Assembly (NCBI GenBank): GCA_963768215.1
Contig: CAVYHW010000045.1
Span: forward strand, 1,821-65,820
Source: an uncultured Gammaproteobacteria bacterium
Lineage (GTDB): Bacteria > Pseudomonadota > Gammaproteobacteria > SZUA-229
Length of the DNA stretch: 64,000 bases
Direction of reading: 5' to 3'
The notes beneath the pieces were generated by a model that did no database searches, had not been told where the DNA came from, and saw only the letters and a program-made list of their open reading frames with translations. Below are positions 31,065 to 41,103 of this stretch, in pieces (within the stretch, counting starts at the first letter, position 1; each line of letters begins with the position of its first letter). A program made the translations under genes and the position numbers.

Positions 31065-32066
31065 TTATATTTTCTGCACGTTTCTCAGGTTTACTACGCT
31101 GGTCAGCAGAAAATAGCGGTAGTCACTCATGCCGCCATAACTCACAGGCGCAGCACCTGCAATTGAAAAAGATTTAGTTGTATCGATGCCTCTCTGCTGC
31201 TCGTTAGAGCGCATCAACAACCAGATTTTTGCAGCATAAACATCTGACCAGTCGTCCACATCATCAGGATCAACATAACGGTCAATTGCTTCATCATTAT
31301 CTACATCGACACCAAATTGCACCTGCAAATCAGAAACACCCGATATCAGTGTTTGATTTTGTAAGGCTGGCCCATTTTCCAGGGCAACACGTCGTAAAGA
31401 TGGAATGCCATCACCTGCTGTATCAGTGTAATCACTTATGTAATAAACATAAGCATGCAGTTCATGGTTCCTGGTCTGCGATGAAGAATCATAAGAATTA
31501 ATGACTGGCTGAGTAGCGCCAACAAAAATCTTTCCATTAATCGCATTGCTGCGAACATAAACCTGGTTAGCTAATAATGCAGCGGGTGGATTAGAGTCTG
31601 CGTAACGTATTTCCAGAATATCAGTGGTATCAACATGGCCTTCATCGACCATACAGCTTGCAGAATATGGATTAGCTGCACTATTATCTGTGGCAAAAAC
31701 AGGTGTCGTTAAATTATAATACCAGCCAACTGCACAGTCCCCTGCAACGGCTCCCGGCAGGTCTTCACCTGCTGAAGATGCAGTACATGCAGCATCACTG
31801 GACTTACAACTGATTAAGGCAGCTTTATTAGTACCACCCCACATGCCAGCATGGCGCAAATCGTAAGAAATCATTTCAATAGCAAAACGCGCATCAGCCA
31901 CCATGTCCATTTGCATTTCGTTTACTGCCTGTGTTTTTCGTGTTGTTGAATGCAATGAAAACGCACCGCTAATAATCACCAGGCCAACAGTCATTGCAAC
32001 CAGTAATTCAACCAGCGAAAAACCATACGATTGTCTGTTCTTTATTTTCATCTCAACCTCTAACAT
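31065..32066 (-). CDS. pilW: PilW-like minor pilin
   Basis: Prepilin motif GFSLVELLVAMTVGLVII. Size and position consistent with PilW. Confidence 0.7.
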   Translation of the reverse strand: MLEVEMKIKNRQSYGFSLVELLVAMTVGLVIISGAFSLHSTTRKTQAVNEMQMDMVADARFAIEMISYDLRHAGMWGGTNKAALISCKSSDAACTASSAGEDLPGAVAGDCAVGWYYNLTTPVFATDNSAANPYSASCMVDEGHVDTTDILEIRYADSNPPAALLANQVYVRSNAINGKIFVGATQPVINSYDSSSQTRNHELHAYVYYISDYTDTAGDGIPSLRRVALENGPALQNQTLISGVSDLQVQFGVDVDNDEAIDRYVDPDDVDDWSDVYAAKIWLLMRSNEQQRGIDTTKSFSIAGAAPVSYGGMSDYRYFLLTSVVNLRNVQKI

Positions 32067-32623
32067 GGAATCTCGGTACAGATATTTGTTGTAGTGGTAT
32101 AAGTCTTGGAAACACTACTAGAGGCACCAGCCGAAGTATCTTTACTACGTTCACTCCAGGTTATATCAATTTTTACTGTTGCCATTTTTGATGGCGCAAC
32201 AGCCGGTGTTACGGTAACAAGCGTTGTTGCTGCACCAGGCAAACCGGCTTTTAAATTCTGCTTCCACCAGTAAACATCATCCTGCGCCAGCTCCGTTTCA
32301 CTGCAATTTTTAGTACCTGTACAGGCACTGTTTACGCCGGCGCCAGCATAAGTCGCCAGCACCGAGGGATTGGCCCGCATGCTTTCAAAGAGCTCGTCAA
32401 CTTTCATCATGGCGACAGAACCATATACTGATGTTTTACCGGCCTGCAGAGAAATAGCCTGCAATGAAGCAATACCCAGCATACCCATAGAAAGAATCAG
32501 AAAACCTATTAAGGCCTCTAACAGGGTAAAGCCCTTGCTGTTGTTTATATGGCAGCTTTTTATATGGCTGTTTTGCCTGTTTATTAGTTTTACAGGTATT
32601 ATTTTTAGGGTTTTTATGGACAT
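32060..32623 (-). CDS. pilV: PilV-like minor pilin
   Basis: Prepilin motif KGFTLLEALIGFLIL. Overlaps pilW by 7 nt. Confidence 0.7.
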   Translation of the reverse strand: MSIKTLKIIPVKLINRQNSHIKSCHINNSKGFTLLEALIGFLILSMGMLGIASLQAISLQAGKTSVYGSVAMMKVDELFESMRANPSVLATYAGAGVNSACTGTKNCSETELAQDDVYWWKQNLKAGLPGAATTLVTVTPAVAPSKMATVKIDITWSERSKDTSAGASSSVSKTYTTTTNICTEIPC

Positions 32624-33204
32624 GAAATCACCGCCGCATTATCAGAGATACGTGCCCGACCTGACAAACTTAATATCACTGCACGAGAATCAAGCGTACT
32701 GCCCGAATCATCCAGACTGCATAAACTGAAAGTACCCGACTGCGAAGCCCCGGCAGCACTTCTAGGCAAGCCACGAGCATTAAAGGTAAACGAACTAATA
32801 TCAGCTCCTCCTGCATTCACACCTGCAACTGTCAACTGGTTGTCAGTAAATGCATCATGCACGCGTAATAAACAATCTGTACCGAGTGCAGCACATGGAG
32901 CGCCGGTGCCCTCAAGGTTACCGTCAGCATCAACAAATACGATCCAGCCATCTTCCCAATTATCTGTGCCGGGGCCGGTACATGATGTACCATTGGTGCT
33001 TTCACATATAGTCACGCTGGTATCAAGTTTAATCGCCTCAGTTCGGGCGAGATGCAAGGCCGAAACCAGTTCATTAGTAGAAGCTATAAGCTGATTGCCC
33101 TGCATAAATGTTTTTAGTGAAGGCAAACCTACCGTAAGCAAAATACTTACGATAGACAGGGTTACCATCAACTCAATCAGCGTAAATCCAGAATGTTTTT
33201 TCAT
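32614..33204 (-). CDS. fimT: FimT/FimU (GspH-family) minor pilin
   Basis: MKKHSGFTLIELMVTLSIVSILL, GspH-like. First gene of the fimT-pilVWXY1E block. Confidence 0.7.
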   Translation of the reverse strand: MKKHSGFTLIELMVTLSIVSILLTVGLPSLKTFMQGNQLIASTNELVSALHLARTEAIKLDTSVTICESTNGTSCTGPGTDNWEDGWIVFVDADGNLEGTGAPCAALGTDCLLRVHDAFTDNQLTVAGVNAGGADISSFTFNARGLPRSAAGASQSGTFSLCSLDDSGSTLDSRAVILSLSGRARISDNAAVISCP

Positions 33205-33331
33205 GACTGTAATTTAAGACCAGTTTTTTTGATTTGCCAGCAGATAATGACAGGGCGTGGTTTAAAGCAGATAAAAGGAAGAATTTAAGGTAAATACCAG
33301 AGACATGGCCGCTGTATTGCAATTTGTCTAC

Positions 33332-33603
33332 ACTAGGGCGCCTCTGATCAAATCTATTATGTTTCTGGCTTACAGGCTTGTTCGTAATCAAGACAGTATT
33401 TTGAAAGCATGTAGATACCTGGTGAAAAATACTAACGAAGAGTACGGGCAAGCCAGAAAGCCCCTCCGGGCGTGGCCTGAAGGGCACATCTGCCACGTTG
33501 CAAAGCTTGTTAAGGACTAAGGCCATTAACTTCACTTTGCGCCTTGCATCTGCACCCTTCAGGTCACGCAGAAGCATAATAGATTTGATCAGAGGCGCCC
33601 TAG
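33332..33603. mobile_element. 272-bp MITE-like element, copy A (29-bp perfect TIRs CTAGGGCGCCTCTGATCAAATCTATTATG)
   Basis: Near-identical copy at 41847-42117. Internal secondary palindrome (CCTGAAGGGCACATCTGC…GCATCTGCACCCTTCAGG). Confidence 0.8.
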
Positions 33604-33699
33604 GTAGCACTGCAATAAAACAAATAATAATTACTATTTACCGCACAATACAACTAATTCATATAAACTTTTATTACGAAAATTTACTAAGAAAATATT

Positions 33700-34248
33700 A
33701 TGAATTTAGACAGAGTCAGTTCAGGCAATAATATTCCTGAGGAAATTAATGTCATCATCGAAATCCCGGCACACAGCGACCCGGTCAAATACGAAGTTGA
33801 TAAAGAAACCGGCGCCATGTTTGTTGACCGTTTCATGAGCACAGCCATGCATTACCCCTGTAACTATGGCTATGTACCTCACACTCTGTCCAAAGACGGT
33901 GACCCTGTTGATGTGCTGGTAACCACACCGGTGCCTTTAATTGCTGGCTCTGTCATTCAATGCCGCCCGGTTGGTGTGCTCAAAATGACCGATGAATCTG
34001 GAGACGATGCCAAGATACTGGCTGTCCCCCTGGATAAACTTTGCAAATCATTTCGTAATGCTAAAACAATAGGCGACATGCAACCCATGCTGCTGGAACA
34101 AATTGCGCACTTTTTTGAACACTATAAAGATCTGGATGAAGGCAAGTGGGTACGTGTGGAAGGCTGGGGCGGCATTGATGAAGCCAAAGAAGAAATTATG
34201 TCCAGTGTTGCCATGTATAAAGAGGCGCCGGTCAAGCCAAACTTCTAA
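33700..34248 (+). CDS. ppa: Inorganic pyrophosphatase
   Basis: Family I PPase motifs ([11 protein letters not shown]…, DGDPVDVLV). Confidence 0.95.
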   Translation: MNLDRVSSGNNIPEEINVIIEIPAHSDPVKYEVDKETGAMFVDRFMSTAMHYPCNYGYVPHTLSKDGDPVDVLVTTPVPLIAGSVIQCRPVGVLKMTDESGDDAKILAVPLDKLCKSFRNAKTIGDMQPMLLEQIAHFFEHYKDLDEGKWVRVEGWGGIDEAKEEIMSSVAMYKEAPVKPNF

Positions 34249-34304
34249 TAAAAATAGTTGTAAGTTTTAAGTAATAAGATGCAAATTAACAAACTTATTA
34301 CTTA

Positions 34305-34550
34305 AAACTTATAACTTATAACACTGCTGTCCCGTTAACTTTTCCGAGAGGTCTACAAGCCATTGTTCTGTCTGGAAGATTTATGTTTATACTAGCCGAG
34401 ACATGGACTGGAACCCGTCGCCCGGGACACGCTGTAAATACCTCCATGTACGCTCGGATGCCGCGTCCATGCGGCATACGGTCCCAGGCGACGGGTTCCA
34501 GTCCACGCCTCTAACAGTTAACGGGACAGCAGTGAACTTATAACTTTAAT
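34305..34550. repeat. ~245-bp nested-palindrome element abutting the 3' end of tRNA-Thr
   Basis: Outer arms ACACTGCTGTCCCGTTAAC / GTTAACGGGACAGCAGTG. Inner arms GGACTGGAACCCGTCGCCCGGGAC / GTCCCAGGCGACGGGTTCCAGTCC. Central GATGCCGC-GTCCAT-GCGGCATAC. Confidence 0.7.
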
Positions 34551-34553
34551 TAT

Positions 34554-34630
34554 TGGTGCCGGAAGGGAGAATCGAACTCCCAACCTCGTCATTACGAGTG
34601 ACTTGCTCTACCAATTGGAGCTATTCCGGC
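34554..34630 (-). tRNA. tRNA-Thr (anticodon CGU)
   Basis: Reverse complement GCCGGAATAGCTCCAATTGGTAGAGCAAGTCACTCGTAATGACGAGGTTGGGAGTTCGATTCTCCCTTCCGGCACCA has a 7-bp acceptor stem, D and T arms (GTTCGATTC), anticodon loop CT-CGT-AA and an encoded CCA. Confidence 0.9.
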
Positions 34631-34650
34631 CTGTTTTAATCTCTAAACTG

Positions 34651-34747
34651 TAGGAGCGGACCAAAATATAATATCAGGGTTCCGCGAATGAGCTGCCAGC
34701 CAATGGCCAATTGCGGAACCCTGATATTATATTTTGGTCCGCTCCTA
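34651..34747. repeat. Perfect 35-bp-stem hairpin element between tRNA-Thr and thiO
   Basis: TAGGAGCGGACCAAAATATAATATCAGGGTTCCGC …27-nt loop… GCGGAACCCTGATATTATATTTTGGTCCGCTCCTA. Confidence 0.7.
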
Positions 34748-34758
34748 CGATTAACTTG

Positions 34759-35847
34759 TTAATGCGGTGCCCGCATTTGATAAGGACGCACATCACACCA
34801 TGGTTCCCTATCCAATACTATATCAGTCATTAATTCTGCTGAAGCCACACCCAGTACAATGCCATTTCTAAAATGCCCTGCATGAATATATAAGCCTTCA
34901 ATATCATCATGCTGACAGATGTAAGGTATGCCTTTTTCAGTACCCGGCCTCAGTCCCGCCCATTGCCTTTCTACCTGCAAATCTGCCAACAAAGGGACCA
35001 GCCTGATGGCAGCCTGATGCAACTCATCAAATGCAGAAGATGAAATTGTTTTATCAAAGCCAATTTTTTCCAGTGTACTGCCCGCCAGTATTCGTCCATC
35101 TTTACGTGGAATAACGTAATGTCCTTCGGACAGGACAATGCGTTTAACAAGGTCAGGCTCGCCTTTATACATAATCATCTGTCCTTTTACCGGGACAACA
35201 TTAACCGATGTCCGGGTGACATTAAACTGCGCACTCCATGCGCCGCTGGCAATAATAATTTTATCAGCAAAAAATGTTTGCTGCTTTGTCCGCACAGCTG
35301 AAACTTTATTATTTTTAACAATTATTTCTTCTACGGTGCAGTGCTCATGATAAGGGACAGACAGGTTTTCTAAAGATGCCTTTAACGCCTGAACAAATTT
35401 TGGGTTTCTTAACTGATTGATGTCAGGCATCCATATGCCTTTGTCTACCTCATTGCCGACCGCCTTTTCAATGGCATGGATCGCACCTATGTCATCTATA
35501 AAGCTGGCATCAACCGACCATTTTTTTGCCCAGTCAGTGATCTGCTGGTTATTGTCTTCAGTAACAGTAAATAAACCGCTGTGAAGCAATTCGCTGTCGA
35601 CACCGGTTTCTTCAAATAGTGTTTGCGTAAATTCAGGATATATTTTTTTGCTGCGCTCAGCCAGAACATTAACTGAATCATCATAAAACCATGGATAAAG
35701 CGGTGAAATAATGCCACCACCAGCCCAGGAAGACTCTCCACCAAGAGGTCCTTTCTCTAATAACAGAACATCCATACCTTCTAAAAATAGCTGGCGCGCA
35801 GTTAATAATCCAATTACGCCGCCACCAACTATGATGCAATCAGGCAT
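34759..35847 (-). CDS. thiO: Glycine oxidase / FAD-dependent oxidoreductase (ThiO-like)
   Basis: N-terminal dinucleotide fold CIIVGGGVIGLLTARQL and DAO-family length. Adjacent to thiS-thiG. Confidence 0.75.
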   Translation of the reverse strand: MPDCIIVGGGVIGLLTARQLFLEGMDVLLLEKGPLGGESSWAGGGIISPLYPWFYDDSVNVLAERSKKIYPEFTQTLFEETGVDSELLHSGLFTVTEDNNQQITDWAKKWSVDASFIDDIGAIHAIEKAVGNEVDKGIWMPDINQLRNPKFVQALKASLENLSVPYHEHCTVEEIIVKNNKVSAVRTKQQTFFADKIIIASGAWSAQFNVTRTSVNVVPVKGQMIMYKGEPDLVKRIVLSEGHYVIPRKDGRILAGSTLEKIGFDKTISSSAFDELHQAAIRLVPLLADLQVERQWAGLRPGTEKGIPYICQHDDIEGLYIHAGHFRNGIVLGVASAELMTDIVLDREPWCDVRPYQMRAPH

Positions 35848-36072
35848 AAGTTACTCTATATTGTGTGAAAAACATCATTCATAATACCAGCGTAAACGTG
35901 TGCGACTTAAAACTCAACTTAAAAACTCAGAGTTTTTTCTGTAAAAAAAGCAACGTGTTTACGTTGCTTTATATTACAGAATAACAATACCAGTTTAAAC
36001 CATAGTTGCTTTACCGGATATTTCCAGACAGGTATTTCCGCAAGTATTACTAAATAAAGGGGGCTTCAGGTA

Positions 36073-37077
36073 TTAATTACAGGTTGAATTCGCCTGAATT
36101 TCAGCAGGGGCATATTCAATAAATTTCTGGCAATAACAGCGATGCTCGCCTTTATTCCAGTACTTCTCACATACATTAAGCATTTTCTGCGTAATTTCAC
36201 TACTAATAGCTGCCTGCTTTGCTTCACTGGCAGCAATAGCTGCAGCTTCAGCTTTTAACTGCTCTTCCTGTTTTAATTTTGCTGCAAGTTCTTTTTGTTT
36301 TTTCTGTTCAGCCAGTTTTTGTTGTCTGGCCATCTCCTCATTAACAAGTTTGCTTAACTGCTGTTCGGCGTCCTTTTTTTCTGCAGCATTATCACAGGCA
36401 TACTCAACTGACTTTATATTTTTAAATTTTACTGGAGCATCGAGCAAGCATTTTTTCTTTGGTACATTAACACTCTTTATTTTCTCAACAACGACATTTG
36501 TTTCATCAGCAGGTTTAGTGTTTAGGGCGACATACATATCTTTAAAATCACCAAGATCATAATACAGCTCCAGCGAGGTCCTGAATGGCTTGAGCAAAAT
36601 TAACAGGCGACTGCCTTGCTGTAAAGATGTCAGGGTGTTTTTATTAAGACGCATTACAAAACGACCTGCATCACCATCAACTGTGCAGATATCTTTCTTA
36701 ACTTTAAGCCCTTGCTGTAAAAACCGATTATGCCGCTGCTGATTATTTAAACACCACTTAAATAACAAACTGTCCTTGCCATCAATCATTACATTAATGA
36801 TTTCGAGTTGATTGAATTTTTTGGGAGTCAAACCTTTGGCGTCACTGCTTATCATTAACTCAAGCTGCCTGTTATCAAACTTTAAATGATAAAAAGCTCC
36901 CTTACCATCACCAGTCGTTTTTGTTGCCACAACAGTATCGTTATCAATTTCCCAGCTTATATCTTTTCCAATATTCAAAGATTCAGTTTTAGCAAAAGGA
37001 TTATCATTATTCTTTGCAGAAACACTGGTACTAAAAACAAAGGCAATAAACAGTGATACAAAAAAACGATTAAACAT
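36073..37077 (-). CDS. Secreted coiled-coil protein with Cys-rich C-terminus (hypothetical)
   Basis: Signal peptide (MFNRFFVSLFIAFVFSTSVSA), KE/Q/A-rich coiled coil (QKLAEQKKQKELAAKLKQEEQLKAEAAA), C-terminal CEKYWNKGEHRCYCQKF…STCN. Confidence 0.5.
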   Translation of the reverse strand: MFNRFFVSLFIAFVFSTSVSAKNNDNPFAKTESLNIGKDISWEIDNDTVVATKTTGDGKGAFYHLKFDNRQLELMISSDAKGLTPKKFNQLEIINVMIDGKDSLLFKWCLNNQQRHNRFLQQGLKVKKDICTVDGDAGRFVMRLNKNTLTSLQQGSRLLILLKPFRTSLELYYDLGDFKDMYVALNTKPADETNVVVEKIKSVNVPKKKCLLDAPVKFKNIKSVEYACDNAAEKKDAEQQLSKLVNEEMARQQKLAEQKKQKELAAKLKQEEQLKAEAAAIAASEAKQAAISSEITQKMLNVCEKYWNKGEHRCYCQKFIEYAPAEIQANSTCN

Positions 37078-37246
37078 AAAAACTTTCCAAATTTATATAT
37101 GTTGTTAATAAACCTGTAATAAAGTAACTTGCGATGAAATGAAGGATACAAGAAGGTTTATAATAATTATTAAATAAAAAAATAGCACAAAATCCTGCTT
37201 TATATATCGAAATGGCTCAAAAATAGCCAGTTCAGGAACAATTCAA

Positions 37247-37450
37247 ATGATAACCATTATTTTAAACGGAAAAGAAAAAACCATAGACAGCGATAGCAAT
37301 ATTGAACAACTCCTAAAAAGCCTCAATTTAGAAAACAAACGCCTGGCGGTGGAAATCAATCAGCAGATCATTCCACGTAGTGACTATAACAGCCACATAT
37401 TAAAGGAAATCGACAAGGTCGAAATTGTTCAGGCCATTGGCGGTGGTTAG
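37247..37450 (+). CDS. thiS: Sulfur-carrier protein ThiS
   Basis: 67 aa ending in GGG. ThiS fold. Precedes thiG. Confidence 0.85.
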   Translation: MITIILNGKEKTIDSDSNIEQLLKSLNLENKRLAVEINQQIIPRSDYNSHILKEIDKVEIVQAIGGG

Positions 37451-37554
37451 CATTGATTTTTTATGTCCTGATATTGATCTGGCGCTTCATCCCACACTTT
37501 AAAATCAAGTACAATACACCAGCTACTAAATCCTTAACTACCAAGTAAAAAACA

Positions 37555-38349
37555 ATGTCTGACACAAATCTTGATAAGCCGCTGGTCATCGCTGGCAAAA
37601 CATATACCTCCCGCTTACTTGTCGGCACCGGCAAGTACAAAGATAATGAAGAAACACGCCTGGCGCTTGAAGCAAGTGGCGCTGAAATTATCACTATTGC
37701 TATCAGACGAACAAATATCGGCCAAAATCCTGACCAGCCGAACCTGCTGGATGTTTTGCCACTGGACAGATACACCCTGTTGCCCAATACCGCTGGTTGC
37801 TACACTGTTGACGACGCTGTCAGGACCTGCAAACTCGCACGCGAACTGTTAGGTGGGCATAAACTGGTCAAACTGGAAGTACTGGGTGATGAAAAAACGC
37901 TATTCCCGGACGCCATTGAAACACTTAAAGCAGCCCAAATTCTGGTAGATGACGGCTTTGATGTCATGGTTTATACCAATGACGATCCACTCATTGCCAA
38001 AGAGCTGGAAAAAATTGGCTGTGTTGCCGTTATGCCATTAGCAGCGCCAATAGGCTCGGGCCTGGGCATTCGCAATCCTTACAATATTCTTACCATTGTC
38101 GAAAATGCCAATGTACCCATACTGGTGGATGCCGGCGTTGGAACCGCCTCAGATGCTGCGATTGCCATGGAGCTTGGCTGTGACGGCATATTAATGAATA
38201 CGGCGATTGCTGCCGCGCAACACCCGGTATTAATGGCATCTGCAATGAAAAAAGCCATTGAAGGCGGCCGTGAAGCTTATCTTGCCGGACGCATGCCTAA
38301 AAAACGCTTCGCCTCCGCCTCTTCTCCTATAGAAGGTACTTTTTTCTAA
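37555..38349 (+). CDS. thiG: Thiazole synthase
   Basis: [19 protein letters not shown]…, [13 protein letters not shown] motifs of ThiG. Confidence 0.9.
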   Translation: MSDTNLDKPLVIAGKTYTSRLLVGTGKYKDNEETRLALEASGAEIITIAIRRTNIGQNPDQPNLLDVLPLDRYTLLPNTAGCYTVDDAVRTCKLARELLGGHKLVKLEVLGDEKTLFPDAIETLKAAQILVDDGFDVMVYTNDDPLIAKELEKIGCVAVMPLAAPIGSGLGIRNPYNILTIVENANVPILVDAGVGTASDAAIAMELGCDGILMNTAIAAAQHPVLMASAMKKAIEGGREAYLAGRMPKKRFASASSPIEGTFF

Positions 38350-38387
38350 CGCTCCCATCCAGGCCCTGTCTGAGTCACTAATTCGCT

Positions 38388-39095
38388 GTGTCTTCGCAAA
38401 ATACCCAGATAAAACCAGCCCGTAAATATAAAGCCATAAAAAGCTTTGTTTTACGTCAGGGGCGGCTGACGAAGGCGCAGCAGAATGCTCTGGACAGTCA
38501 CTGGCAGGATTATGGCATCGACTATGTTGAACAGTTTTTATCGTTTGACAAACTGTTCAATAATAACAATGAAGTTATTGTCGAAATAGGTTTTGGTAAT
38601 GGCGAGTCCTTACTGCAGCAGGCAAAAAACCAGCCAGAGTATAACTTTATCGGCATCGAGGTCCATGGCCCCGGCGTTGGTCATTTAATACACCATGCCA
38701 ACAGTGAAGATATTCATAATATAAAAGTCATCCGTTTTGATGCCGTTGAGGTATTAAAGTACCAGATTGCAGATAATTCACTAAGGCAGGTTCAGCTTTT
38801 TTTTCCTGATCCCTGGCATAAAAAACGACATCATAAACGTCGTATAATCAATCCTGAGTTTATCCGGCTAATACATAAAAAATTAAAACCCGGTGGTTTG
38901 TTCCACATGGCTACAGACTGGCAACATTATGCCGAACAGATGCTCGAACAAATGGACAGTGCCGATGGTTTTAATAACACCTCGGGCACAGGAAATTTTT
39001 CATCGAGCAGGGGCGCACGCTGTGAAACCAAATTTGAACGCCGCGGGCTCAAGTTAGGCCATGGTGTATGGGACCTGATTTACGAAAAACAGTAA
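38388..39095 (+). CDS. trmB: tRNA (guanine46-N7)-methyltransferase
   Basis: SAM-MTase with FPDPWHKKRHHKRR signature. Confidence 0.9.
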   Translation: MSSQNTQIKPARKYKAIKSFVLRQGRLTKAQQNALDSHWQDYGIDYVEQFLSFDKLFNNNNEVIVEIGFGNGESLLQQAKNQPEYNFIGIEVHGPGVGHLIHHANSEDIHNIKVIRFDAVEVLKYQIADNSLRQVQLFFPDPWHKKRHHKRRIINPEFIRLIHKKLKPGGLFHMATDWQHYAEQMLEQMDSADGFNNTSGTGNFSSSRGARCETKFERRGLKLGHGVWDLIYEKQ

Positions 39096-39262
39096 CAATG
39101 TATCCGCCATGGCTAATTTATTGATTTATTTATATATAGTTTTCTTGACTGACCTCATTTTAATAATTGGTTGAAACAGGATACAATAACGGACTTTTTT
39201 AAGCAGAGTAACCGTTCAGATACTGCCTGCTACACAGAATTTTAGTAATTGGAGAAACATAA

Positions 39263-40135
39263 ATGTCACAAAAACACCCTATTGTTGTAGTCACCGGTTC
39301 ATCTGGCGCAGGCACCTCAACGGTAAAACATGCCTTTGAGCAAATTTTTATCCGTGAAAAAATCACACCAGTAATCATCGAAGGTGACAGTTTTCATCGT
39401 TATGACCGGGCCGAAATGAAAGAAGCCATGGCAAAAGCCGAAGCTGAAGGTGATAAAACTTTCAGTCACTTTGGTGAAAATGCCAACGTGTTTGACAAAC
39501 TGGAAGAATTATTTAAATCATATGGAGCCACAGGCACTGGCAAAAAACGTCTATACCTGCACAGTGACGAAGAAGCAGCTCCTTATGAGGGTTTAACTCC
39601 CGGACAATTCACCCCCTGGGAAGAAATTCCAACTGGCTCAGATATCATGTTCTATGAAGGCCTGCATGGTGGTGTAGTCACAGAAAATGTTGATATTGCT
39701 CAACATGTCGATCTGCTTGTCGGTGTTACACCTAGTGTTAACCTTGAATGGATACAGAAAATTCACCGTGATAACGCGGAACGCGGTTACTCTGAAGAAG
39801 TAATCGTTGACACCATTCTTCGCCGTATGCACGACTATGTTAAATACATTACACCTCAGTTCTCACGCACTGACATCAACTTCCAGCGTATAGCCACTGT
39901 TGACACCTCAAACCCTTTCATCGCACGTGATATTCCTACACCGGATGAAAGTTTTATTGTTATTCGATTTACAGATCCACAAAAATTCAATATAGATTTC
40001 CCTGATCTATTAGACATGATTCCACACTCATTCATGTCACGCCGCAACACTATTGTTGTACCCGGCGGTAAAATGGGCTTTGCCATGGAGCTGATTCTGA
40101 CTCCTATCATTCATAGTATGATTGAGAAATCATAA
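39263..40135 (+). CDS. prk: Phosphoribulokinase
   Basis: PIVVVTGSSGAGTST P-loop and bacterial PRK length and motifs. Implies a Calvin-cycle capacity. Confidence 0.9.
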   Translation: MSQKHPIVVVTGSSGAGTSTVKHAFEQIFIREKITPVIIEGDSFHRYDRAEMKEAMAKAEAEGDKTFSHFGENANVFDKLEELFKSYGATGTGKKRLYLHSDEEAAPYEGLTPGQFTPWEEIPTGSDIMFYEGLHGGVVTENVDIAQHVDLLVGVTPSVNLEWIQKIHRDNAERGYSEEVIVDTILRRMHDYVKYITPQFSRTDINFQRIATVDTSNPFIARDIPTPDESFIVIRFTDPQKFNIDFPDLLDMIPHSFMSRRNTIVVPGGKMGFAMELILTPIIHSMIEKS

Positions 40136-40162
40136 TAGATTAGTCTCTAGCTTTTTTTACTT

Positions 40163-40193
40163 CAGGGCCGGCATTTACCGGCCTTTTTTATGC
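40163..40193 (+). terminator. Rho-independent terminator after prk
   Basis: GGGCCGGCATTTACCGGCC followed by TTTTTTA. Confidence 0.65.
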
Positions 40194-40321
40194 CCAGGGA
40201 CGGGAGGTATGTCTCAAGGAGCCATGGATGGCGGTGAGACGAATGCCAACAGATTTTACACACATGGATGGCAGCGCGGCTGCACGTGCACTACAGGTTA
40301 TAACGGGTTACACTAATATGC

Positions 40322-41092
40322 ATGCCTGATATTCAACTAATTGATTCACATTGCCATCTTGATTTTGAGGTGTTTGATGACGATCGCACGCAAGTACTGC
40401 AACGGGCAAAAGATAATAATATCAGCGACATTATTATCCCTGGCACACAAAGGACCTTTTGGGACAGGGTTAGATTACTCTGTGACAACAATCCTCAATT
40501 GCATGCCTGTTATGGCCTTCATCCTTACTGGTTAAACAGGCAGAAAAAACAGGACATACAGGCACTGGAAAAATATATCGAAGCCTATCGACCTGTTGCA
40601 CTGGGCGAATGCGGCCTCGACTTTCGTCCCAGTCAAATTGACAAAAAAACACAGCTGTATTTTTTTGAGGCCCAGTTAGCCATTGCTGAAAACAAGCAGC
40701 TACCCTTGGTTATTCATTCGGTAAAGGCCACTGAAACCGTTATACAGACAATTAAAAAGTTCAAAAACCTGAGAGGCATGGTCCACAGCTACTCAGGAAG
40801 CAGCGAACAGGCAAAACAGCTTATAGCGCTAAACTTTTTAATCAGCGTGAGCGCAGGCATAACCTATGATAATGCAAAAAAAATAAAAGCGGTTGTTAAA
40901 GAAATTCCGCTAACTTCTGTTTTACTTGAAACAGATGCACCAGACCAGCCCGACCAGAAACATGCGACTAAAAGAAATGAACCGGCTTATCTAATAAATA
41001 CACTGGATGTGATTTCAGAATTAAGAGATGAACAGCGAGATATGATTGCAAAACAAACAACTTTAAATGCAAAAACCCTGTTTAATATTTAA
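40322..41092 (+). CDS. TatD-family metal-dependent hydrolase (YjjV-like)
   Basis: IDSHCHLDF…, HSVKA, typical TatD motifs. Confidence 0.85.
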   Translation: MPDIQLIDSHCHLDFEVFDDDRTQVLQRAKDNNISDIIIPGTQRTFWDRVRLLCDNNPQLHACYGLHPYWLNRQKKQDIQALEKYIEAYRPVALGECGLDFRPSQIDKKTQLYFFEAQLAIAENKQLPLVIHSVKATETVIQTIKKFKNLRGMVHSYSGSSEQAKQLIALNFLISVSAGITYDNAKKIKAVVKEIPLTSVLLETDAPDQPDQKHATKRNEPAYLINTLDVISELRDEQRDMIAKQTTLNAKTLFNI

Positions 41093-41103
41093 GGCAACTC
41101 TGA

